DNA of 64,000 nt from Nitrososphaerales archaeon (lineage in GTDB: Archaea; Thermoproteota; Nitrososphaeria; Nitrososphaerales; Gagatemarchaeaceae), in contig JBEKTS010000002.1 of assembly GCA_049515775.1 (NCBI GenBank), positions 1 through 64,000 of the forward strand, in the 5' to 3' direction. The notes beneath the pieces are model-generated. The model made no database searches and was not told the origin of the DNA. It was given only the letters and a program-made list of their open reading frames with translations. Both the position numbers and the translations under genes were made by a program. Numbering within the stretch: the stretch's first letter is position 1; every line of letters begins with the position of its first letter. This document shows, piece after piece, positions 57,280-64,000 of this stretch.

Positions 57280-58599
57280 CTAGTCTGGACCGAGCCCGGC
57301 TTCGCCATTGGCGGCCTTCAGACCGGCGCTCGCGTGCGGCTCCAGCGCTGCGGAGATCTCTTCGAGGCTGGCCTGGACCGCCCCCAGGTCGAGACCCGCC
57401 GGGGCCCTCCCCGACAGCTCGCGGCAGTATCGACCCAGGTCGGTCAGGCGCTCGTGCAGGAGCACCCACGCCGCATGCCTGTGGGGGAGGAGGTACTCTC
57501 TGCGGTACATCTCGAAGGAGGGCCCGGCGGTCTGGCCCCGATGACGGCCGCCGATCGGCAGCGCCGTGAGCTGTCTTCCGAGCGGGCCCAGGACCGCGTC
57601 CATCGTCTTGACCGCCGAGTCGCTCAGCGCCTGCAGCTCCGACCCCGTGGTCTCCGTGTGCATGAAGAACCTCCCGAGGAGCTGGAGCGCGACCTCGTAG
57701 CCGGCTCCGAAGAGGTCGGCGACGCCCGCGGTGAAGGGGTCGGTGATCCTCACCATCCCCTTCCTCATCTCTCCGGACTGGCTCACGCACGCCGGGATGG
57801 CCGGGCGGGCGGGCTCGAAGGCCGGGTCCCGGCCCTTGAGCTCCAGGTACTCGTTCAGGACCTGGTAGAACTTCCCGAAGTGCGCCGTCTTCCAGTGGCC
57901 GCGCGCCCCCTCGCCCTCCGTGATGATCGTCTCGATGGCGCGCCTCGAGGTCGCCAGGTCGGTGACCCTCACGAGCTCCGGCCACCCGAAGTACTCCCGA
58001 GTGGCCTGCGACCGTGCCGAGCCGATGAAGAGCCGGCGCTCTCCGACCTTCTGGGCCATGTGGCCGAAGCCGTTCTCGATCCCCCGATACAGGTCCCCGA
58101 TGGTCGAGAAGGACTGGGCCTCGGGGACGACCTCCTCGCCGACCATGTTGGGGACGGCCGCCGAGCGGACGTCGAACCCGGGCGCGTCCTCGAGCTCGAA
58201 CGACTCCGGCCGCTCCAGGTAGAGGAAGTGGCGCAGGGCCCTCTCCCCGAAGGGGAGGAGCGCGAGCTGGACGCCGGGCGCGAAGTACCTCGTGGGGTGA
58301 GGGAAGTTCGGACGGCCGAGGTAGGGGGCCGCCCCGATCGACGTGAGGAGGTTGTTGACCAGAGCCAGATGGAGCATCTCCTGGACCGCGACGCCGCAGA
58401 CCACGCGATCCCAGCGCCTGACCGCCTCGGACTGCGAAGCGCTGAGGCCCTCGTCCGGGCTGTTCTTCAGGGTGAAGGACGCGAAGAGGTACCCGCACAT
58501 CACCATGTGCTCGAGGGCGGCGGCCTCCGAGAGCATGAAGATCAGCTCCTCCCTGGTCTCTATGACCATCGGGACCTCCGTCGCGGAGACTTCGGGCAT
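57280..58599 (-). CDS. Ferritin-like domain protein (di-iron four-helix-bundle-like N-terminal domain)
   Basis: Paired E..H helices (EAAALEHMVMCGYL; VAVQEMLHLALVNNLL), as in the Pfam Ferritin-like family. 439 aa. Confidence 0.6.
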   Translation of the reverse strand: MPEVSATEVPMVIETREELIFMLSEAAALEHMVMCGYLFASFTLKNSPDEGLSASQSEAVRRWDRVVCGVAVQEMLHLALVNNLLTSIGAAPYLGRPNFPHPTRYFAPGVQLALLPFGERALRHFLYLERPESFELEDAPGFDVRSAAVPNMVGEEVVPEAQSFSTIGDLYRGIENGFGHMAQKVGERRLFIGSARSQATREYFGWPELVRVTDLATSRRAIETIITEGEGARGHWKTAHFGKFYQVLNEYLELKGRDPAFEPARPAIPACVSQSGEMRKGMVRITDPFTAGVADLFGAGYEVALQLLGRFFMHTETTGSELQALSDSAVKTMDAVLGPLGRQLTALPIGGRHRGQTAGPSFEMYRREYLLPHRHAAWVLLHERLTDLGRYCRELSGRAPAGLDLGAVQASLEEISAALEPHASAGLKAANGEAGLGPD

Positions 58600-58752
58600 G
58601 GGCCGCCAATGCGACGACGACGATTAAAGCGTTAACGCCCGGAGGGGTACTTCGGCGCCGCTCGGGCGTCCCGCCCCCCTTTCTTTGGGTCCGTTCGTCC
58701 CCGCGCCGATGGCTTCACTATGGGTCGAGGGAGAGGCCACCGATCGAGGCCC

Positions 58753-59487
58753 TCATCTCCACTTTGTGAGTATCTCCTCTCGCCGGAAAGTGGCCACACT
58801 AAGGAATGAGAGGGCCACGTCCGCGACCAGCACGACCCCGGAGACGATCAGGAGGTTGCCTGCGCTGAACGAGAAGGCGCCCTCCACCCCCGCGAGAAAG
58901 ACGCCCATGAACGGGACGAACATGAGGCTCGCGATCTGGTTGGCGCCCCGGACGTCGCTCACGCGCGCCGACGCGATCACCGCCAGCTCTATGCTCATCG
59001 TCGCCGCGAGAGGGACGAGGAGCAGCAGCATGACCCCCGACTCCCAGTTGGGGAAGTAGTAGTAGGAGAGCGTGCCGTGCGTCAGGTAGTCCACCGCGAC
59101 CATGAAGATCGAGGCTCCCGCCCAGATCGCAGGGACGGGAAGGACGAACGCAGCCACGCTCTTCCCGATGAGGATCTCGCGGTCGGTCACGGGGGTGGCG
59201 AGCAGCGGCTCCAGGCTCTTCTCGACCTTCTCGCCCACTATGCTGTAGGCGGCGATCGAGGCGGGCAGGATGGCCGCGACGACGACGAAGAAGTAGGTGA
59301 GCGACTCGAGGCCCAGTCGATAGTCAGAGGCGATCCCGGAGGACGGGACTATGTCGTTCTTGACGATGAGCGAGAAGAGGACCAAGAGGACGAGGGGGAG
59401 CCCGACGGCGTAGAATAGGATGCTCCTCTTCCTGACGAGCACCTTCAGCTCCTTCGCCGCGACCGTGAGCGAGGCTTCCGGGCTCAT
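58753..59487 (-). CDS. ABC-2 family transporter permease
   Basis: Start ATG 59487 forms an ATGA overlap with the ATPase stop. 6 TM helices. The longer track ORF upstream is antisense-frame noise. Confidence 0.75.
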   Translation of the reverse strand: MSPEASLTVAAKELKVLVRKRSILFYAVGLPLVLLVLFSLIVKNDIVPSSGIASDYRLGLESLTYFFVVVAAILPASIAAYSIVGEKVEKSLEPLLATPVTDREILIGKSVAAFVLPVPAIWAGASIFMVAVDYLTHGTLSYYYFPNWESGVMLLLLVPLAATMSIELAVIASARVSDVRGANQIASLMFVPFMGVFLAGVEGAFSFSAGNLLIVSGVVLVADVALSFLSVATFRREEILTKWR

Positions 59488-60419
59488 GCGCCCTTCTCCC
59501 TCACGAGCTTCAGGTAAGCATCCTCCAGGCTCGACGCAGAGACCGTGACCGACTGGACGTTGCCCCCCGCCTCCACGACGGCGCGGACGATGGCCGGATT
59601 CTCCCTGCGCGGTTCCCCGAGCTCTATGGTCAGCCTGGAGCCGTCCCTGGTCACCTTCCCGGAGGGGACCAGCCGGCCCAGAGCGACCAGGATCGCGTCG
59701 TTCACCTCGTCCAACTCGACCACCGTCCTCCTCGCGCCGACGGAGTACTCGAGCTCCTGGGGGGTGCCGAGGGCCATCAGCCTCGTGTTCAGGATCCCGA
59801 TCCTGTCGCAGACCCTCTGGGCCTCGTCGAGGTTGTGCGTGTTGAGGAAGATCGTCTTCTTCTGCTTCTTCAGCTCGAGGATGAACTCCCTCACCGTCTT
59901 CGCCGACTCGGGGTCCAGGTTCGCCGTCGGCTCGTCCATGAAGAGCACCTCGGGGTCGTGGATCAGGGCGCGGGCGATGGCGAGCTTCTGCTTCATCCCC
60001 TTGGAGAAGGTCCCCGCCATGACGTCCCTCTTCTCCCAGAGCCCCAGCAGCCTGAGGAGACGCTCGATGCTCTCCCTCCTCCTGGGTTCTGGACACCTGT
60101 ACAGCTTCCCGTAGTAGTCCAGGTTCTCATAGGCGGTGAGGGACTCGTAGAGGCCGACGTTGTCCGGGACGAACCCTATCATCCTCCTGATGCTCAGCGC
60201 GTCCTCCTGGCTTCCGACCTCATAGTCGCCGATCCTCGCCTCCCCGCTGGTCTTGGAGATGAGGCAGCAGAGCATCCTGACGGTCGTGGTCTTCCCCGCC
60301 CCGTTGGGCCCCAGGAACCCGAAGACCTCGCCATCCTCGACGCGGAGGGTCACGCCGTCGACGGCCGTCAGGCCGCCGAACTTCTTGGTCAGGTTCCGGG
60401 CCTCGATCAAGGCTCCCAA
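59484..60419 (-). CDS. ABC transporter ATP-binding protein
   Basis: GPNGAGKTT, FSKGMKQKLAIA, LFMDEPTANLD, NTHNL. Confidence 0.9.
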   Translation of the reverse strand: MGALIEARNLTKKFGGLTAVDGVTLRVEDGEVFGFLGPNGAGKTTTVRMLCCLISKTSGEARIGDYEVGSQEDALSIRRMIGFVPDNVGLYESLTAYENLDYYGKLYRCPEPRRRESIERLLRLLGLWEKRDVMAGTFSKGMKQKLAIARALIHDPEVLFMDEPTANLDPESAKTVREFILELKKQKKTIFLNTHNLDEAQRVCDRIGILNTRLMALGTPQELEYSVGARRTVVELDEVNDAILVALGRLVPSGKVTRDGSRLTIELGEPRRENPAIVRAVVEAGGNVQSVTVSASSLEDAYLKLVREKGA

Positions 60420-60648
60420 CCGGGGTCGATCGGAGCCCGACCTCGAGGGCGGGCCCGTCCCAGCGGGTGCCCGAGGACCGTGGTCAAGGCGACCTGGTCC
60501 CGGCCGACCGGGGATGTATGGCTCTCAAGGGCGTCTACGGGGTCTCGGCCGGCGGCTCGGGTTATAAACCGTGGATGGAGTTCACTTTAGTGAACGTCGG
60601 CCATCGTTTAATAGCGCGTGGCCGCCGATTCGAGGAAGAGCGGTCCCC

Positions 60649-61305
60649 GTGCAAAGAGACGTCCTCCAGCAGCGCATAGAGGCCGAGCTGATCGCCGCGA
60701 GGCTCTTCCGCTTCAGGGCGAGGAGGGGCCTCGGGGTGTTCTACTCCCTCATCTCAATAATCCCACTGGTGGGGCTCATCCTCTACAACACGGTCGCGCT
60801 ACCGTTCGCGGTCGCTGGAGAGCTGGTCAGCATCCTCGCGGTCTGGTTCGTCGCGAGGTCCTCGGGATTCGGCGGGGTCTCGAAGATGCAGTACAGCCTG
60901 GACTTTCTGAAGGGCGAGAGGGGGACCGTCTACGACGAGAAGGGAGAGCGCCGGTCGTCCTGGAGGCGCAACCTCGCGTGGTTCCTCGCGACCCTCTGGC
61001 CCTGGTTCGGATACACCATAGCCAGCGCGGAGGGCGACCCATACCTCGCCGCGTTCTTCCTCGTGGTCTTCGCCGCGGAGCTGGTCCTGATCCTGTCGGT
61101 CACACGCTCGACGAAGGGGGATCGGGTCCTCGAGAGGAGGGTCGAGGACTGGGCGTTCGTCGCGGGGGACGTCCTGGTCGCCTTCGTTGCCATCCTTCCG
61201 GGAGCCCCGGACTGGACCTGGGCCCTCGCGTCACCGCTCTTCATATTCTGCGGAACGAAATCGCTCTACGACGCCCCGAAGGAGCTGGCTCTGGTTGCCT
61301 CCTAG
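60649..61305 (+). CDS. Membrane protein (4-5 TM)
   Basis: GTG 60649 follows an AT-richer promoter-like stretch (cgtttaatagcg). The track start 60571 is less likely. Confidence 0.45.
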   Translation: MQRDVLQQRIEAELIAARLFRFRARRGLGVFYSLISIIPLVGLILYNTVALPFAVAGELVSILAVWFVARSSGFGGVSKMQYSLDFLKGERGTVYDEKGERRSSWRRNLAWFLATLWPWFGYTIASAEGDPYLAAFFLVVFAAELVLILSVTRSTKGDRVLERRVEDWAFVAGDVLVAFVAILPGAPDWTWALASPLFIFCGTKSLYDAPKELALVAS

Positions 61306-61405
61306 GGAGGGACGGGGTGACGGCGCGCTCGGGGAGGGAGAGGAGGATCTGCTCTCCAGCGTGGGGTCGCCGGGACCCTTCTCGGTCTCGACCCGCGTGG
61401 GGATA

Positions 61406-61729
61406 ATGACGGCGCTGCTCGGGTTCAAGCGGACCACTTTCACGGAGCTGCTCCTCGCCGTGAAGGCCCCGAAGAGCTCGCTAAACAAGAACCTCGGGAT
61501 CCTGGAGGACTACGGGTTCATCAGGCAGCGGAGGAGCTTCCTCCCTGCGCCGGGCCCGAGGACGATCGTCGAGATCACGCCCAGAGGGGAGGAGGCGATC
61601 AAGAAGCACCTCGAGCTGATGCGCACGGTCGCGGACAGGTTCCTCGGATCGGACCGGGGTGCGAGCGCTCCGGCGGAGGAGCGGGAGATACGCGACGACC
61701 AGCGGCACTCTCAAGATTCCGTGCCCTGA
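61406..61729 (+). CDS. Winged-helix (MarR/ArsR-like) transcriptional regulator
   Basis: FTELLLAVKAPKSSLNKNLGILEDYGFIRQRR...PRTIVEITPRGEEAI. A GTG 61361 start is also possible. Confidence 0.5.
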   Translation: MTALLGFKRTTFTELLLAVKAPKSSLNKNLGILEDYGFIRQRRSFLPAPGPRTIVEITPRGEEAIKKHLELMRTVADRFLGSDRGASAPAEEREIRDDQRHSQDSVP

Positions 61730-61763
61730 CCGAGGACCAGGATGAGGGGGAGGGGAGGGCGAG

Positions 61764-61990
61764 GTGACGCCGGGAGGCTTCTCGGAGGCGAGGCTGGGAC
61801 GGATCCACGATGCGATGGACGGGTACGTCGAGCGGGGCGAGGTGCCGGGGTCGTCACGCTGGTCAGCCACCGCGGCCAGGTCCACGTCGAAGCCCCGGAC
61901 GGCAGGAAGGTCGGCGGCGACCCGGTGCGGCGGGACGCCATCTTCCGCACCTCCTCGATGACCAAGCCGATCACGGCGGCGGCTCCTGCT
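61764..61990 (+). pseudogene. Beta-lactamase-family serine hydrolase, N-terminal fragment (frameshifted, 3'-truncated)
   Basis: Frame 1: GGFSEARLGRIHDAMDGYVERGEVPG. After a frameshift: VVTLVSHRGQVHVEAPDGRKVGGDPVRRDAIFRTSSMTKPITAAA, with the S-x-x-K active-site motif SMTK. The fragment ends where the convergent phosphatase gene begins. Confidence 0.45.
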
Positions 61991-62468
61991 CCCTCCTCAG
62001 CAGCCGCGCATACACCTCCACGATCTGCCGGTACTTCTCGGTGGGGTTCCCCACGCTCCAGACGCCCTCGCCCCTGCTCTTCACGTATCGTATCGCCCTC
62101 GAGGGGGTCCACCTATTGCTCGCGACGAGGTACCCCATCGCCATCGTCGGCGAGCGCCCGACGCCGTAGGTGCAATGGAGGTACACCTTCTCCTCCCCGG
62201 AGACGGCCAGCCCGATGATGCGGACGACCTCCCCGAGGTTGGCGAGCCACTGCTCGGTGCCGGTCTCGTCGGTGGTCCTGAGGGGATGGTAGGAGATTCC
62301 CTCCCGCTCGGCCCGCGCCCCCTCGTCGGGGTCTGCGTTCAGGTCGATCACGTGCCCGTAACCGGCGGCCGCAAGGTCCCTCATGGACGGGCCGCCGGAC
62401 CCGCCGGGCCTCGGCCCGATGGCGACCCACTCTGTGACGCGATAGGGCGGAGAGGACTTCGCTCCCAC
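61971..62468 (-). CDS. Dual-specificity / tyrosine protein phosphatase
   Basis: Cx5R P-loop VYLHCTYGVGRSPTMAMGY. Confidence 0.8.
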   Translation of the reverse strand: MGAKSSPPYRVTEWVAIGPRPGGSGGPSMRDLAAAGYGHVIDLNADPDEGARAEREGISYHPLRTTDETGTEQWLANLGEVVRIIGLAVSGEEKVYLHCTYGVGRSPTMAMGYLVASNRWTPSRAIRYVKSRGEGVWSVGNPTEKYRQIVEVYARLLRREQEPPP

Positions 62469-62617
62469 GGTGGCTGAGGCCGGTTCCGACTATAATTGCT
62501 TGCCCGGAGCCCTCCTCGACCCGGCTCCCGGACGGGACCCGGTGGCGCGCCGCTCCGTCGCGACCCGGTCCCCAGGAGCGGACGAACGGCCGAAGGGAGG
62601 GGCGCCCGAGCCGTGGC

Positions 62618-63784
62618 CTAGGGGTGGACCGACGGCGGCGACCCGGCGTCGTCTTCGGCTTGCGGCGGCCTGCCCTCGACGAGCCCGGCGTCCTTCCGTC
62701 GCCTCTCCTCCGCGAGGAGGGCGCGCTTCCGCCAGAGCCCCAGACCGTAGCCTCCGAGCCCGCCGTCCTTTCGCACGACCCTGTGGCAGGGGACGATGAG
62801 GGGGACGGGGTTCTTCCCGCAGGCGTTCGCGACCGCCCTAACCGCCCTCGGTCGCCCGACCATCTCCGCCACGTCGCTGTAGGAGCAGACGCTCCCCTCG
62901 GGTATCGTCTGCAGCGCGGTCCAGACCCTTCGCTGGAACGCGGTGCCGCGCAGGTCCAGGGGCACCTTCTCCCGCCGCCCCACGAGGTATCCCAGGACCG
63001 CGTCGTAGTTCCCCCGCGCCTCCTCGGAGACCTCGATCGTCGCCCTGGGGTACTCCCTGTGCAGGGCCTTCGCCAGCTCCTCGTCGCTCTCCCCCAGGTC
63101 GACCATGCATATCCCGTGCTCGGTCGACGCGACCAGCAGCCTCCCGAGCGGGGAGTCCCCGACGAGGTAGACGATCCGCATCCCGGCGCCCCCTCTCCGG
63201 TACGCCCCCGGCGTCATGCCCAGCTTGGCGGTCGAGTCGGCGTAGAGCCAGCTCTGGGAGCTGTACCCGACCCGCCGGAGGGCGGCGACCACGGGCTCCC
63301 CCCGGCTGAGCTGCGCCTTGAGCCCGTTGATCCGGCACTCCTCGGCGTACCTCCGGGGAGACATCCCGACGAACTCCTTGAAGACCCGCTGCAGGTGGTA
63401 CGGGCTGACCGAGAACCTCTTCGCGAGGGCCGCCAGCCCCAGGTCCTCGCCCAGGTTGGCCTGGATGTGCTCGCAGACGCTCGAGACAAGCTCCGCTCGC
63501 CGGACCGCCTGCGTCGGCCTGCACCTGCGACACGGCCTGTACCCGGACTCCTCCGCGGCCGCCGGGCCCGGGAAGAGGAGTATCCGGTCCGCCCTGGGCC
63601 TTCGGGCGGGGCACGACGGCCGGCAGTAGACGCCTGTGGACCTCACGCCGAAGACGAACGTCCCGTCGAACGAACCGTCGCGCCCCATCACGGCCACGAG
63701 GCGGGCCTCCCTCCCATCGGGGGCGACGTCCTGCCGGCCCGCCGGTGAGACCACCCCCGCCGCTGCTTCCCCTCCCTCTCCCAT
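62618..63784 (-). CDS. ada: Bifunctional Ada: Ada zinc-binding domain + AraC HTH + O6-methylguanine-DNA methyltransferase
   Basis: Ada_Zn_binding (FVFGVRSTGVYCRPSC...YRPCRRCRP). AraC HTH (LAALAKRFSVSPYHLQRVFKEFVGMSPRRY). MGMT active site PCHRVV with upstream RVWTALQTIPEGSVCSYSDVA. Confidence 0.85.
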   Translation of the reverse strand: MGEGGEAAAGVVSPAGRQDVAPDGREARLVAVMGRDGSFDGTFVFGVRSTGVYCRPSCPARRPRADRILLFPGPAAAEESGYRPCRRCRPTQAVRRAELVSSVCEHIQANLGEDLGLAALAKRFSVSPYHLQRVFKEFVGMSPRRYAEECRINGLKAQLSRGEPVVAALRRVGYSSQSWLYADSTAKLGMTPGAYRRGGAGMRIVYLVGDSPLGRLLVASTEHGICMVDLGESDEELAKALHREYPRATIEVSEEARGNYDAVLGYLVGRREKVPLDLRGTAFQRRVWTALQTIPEGSVCSYSDVAEMVGRPRAVRAVANACGKNPVPLIVPCHRVVRKDGGLGGYGLGLWRKRALLAEERRRKDAGLVEGRPPQAEDDAGSPPSVHP

Positions 63785-64000
63785 TCGCTATCGAGAGGAT
63801 CGGTCTCCGGGTCCGCTAAAAGCCGTTTTGTCGGAATCTTGCGTCCAAACCTCGCCTGGTCGTCTTAAATAGACGCGCCGGCGGGGGCGCCGTCGCCTTG
63901 TCTAGGGCGTCTCACTTGGTCGGTGGCCTCCTCTGTCTCGTGGGCGGCTACCTGGTAGGGTACGATTCGGGCATAGAAGCCCAGCTCAAGGGGATCGTCG

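Noticed and set aside
57203-58635. Alternative-frame ORFs over the ferritin-like gene
   Set aside because: Low-complexity translations. The frame 57280-58599 has paired E..H helices and ordinary composition.
1-64000. CRISPR arrays, rRNA genes, IS elements/transposases, integrases
   Set aside because: No regularly spaced direct repeats, rRNA-like segments, or transposase/integrase motifs were found on either strand.

Overview
This window is a high-GC (about 65-70%) archaeal chromosomal segment. The archaeal assignment rests on two intron-containing tRNAs, an XPB-Bax1 operon, TATA-like AT islands 25-30 nt upstream of many starts, and frequent leaderless or GTG/TTG starts. Most of the window is dense housekeeping coding: ABC transporters, an MFS transporter, three HtrA-like proteases, phosphohexomutases, ThiL, FumC, IscA, an aminotransferase, a DRG GTPase and Ada/MGMT. 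Several accessory pockets interrupt it.

The most system-like pocket is at 21.48-24.15 kb. The most AT-rich stretch of the window (about 90 bp) leads into an OLD-family (ABC-ATPase + TOPRIM) nuclease gene. That gene is followed, behind its own TATA box, by a 280-aa protein with no recognisable motifs. A divergent DExH/HrpA-like helicase lies 1.1 kb further downstream. I read this as a candidate uncharacterised defence module.

Other notable features:
- a cassette (GNAT, small secreted protein, frameshifted GrpB) bracketed by two directly oriented flavodoxin-like paralogs;
- a flotillin with triple N-terminal repeats paired with a coiled-coil protein rather than NfeD;
- a tRNA-Thr(CGU) whose intron sits at the non-canonical 27/28 position, divergent from tRNA-Leu(GAG);
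- a tRNA-Arg(UCU) with a canonical 20-nt intron;
- decayed genes: a metallophosphoesterase, GrpB, and a beta-lactamase-family fragment;
- unannotated 51-56 aa zinc-ribbon smORFs;
- a palindromic TATA box shared by divergent leaderless small genes;
- a RusA-like resolvase running off the left edge of the window.

No CRISPR array, rRNA or transposase is evident. Many long antisense ORFs are artefacts of the high GC content.
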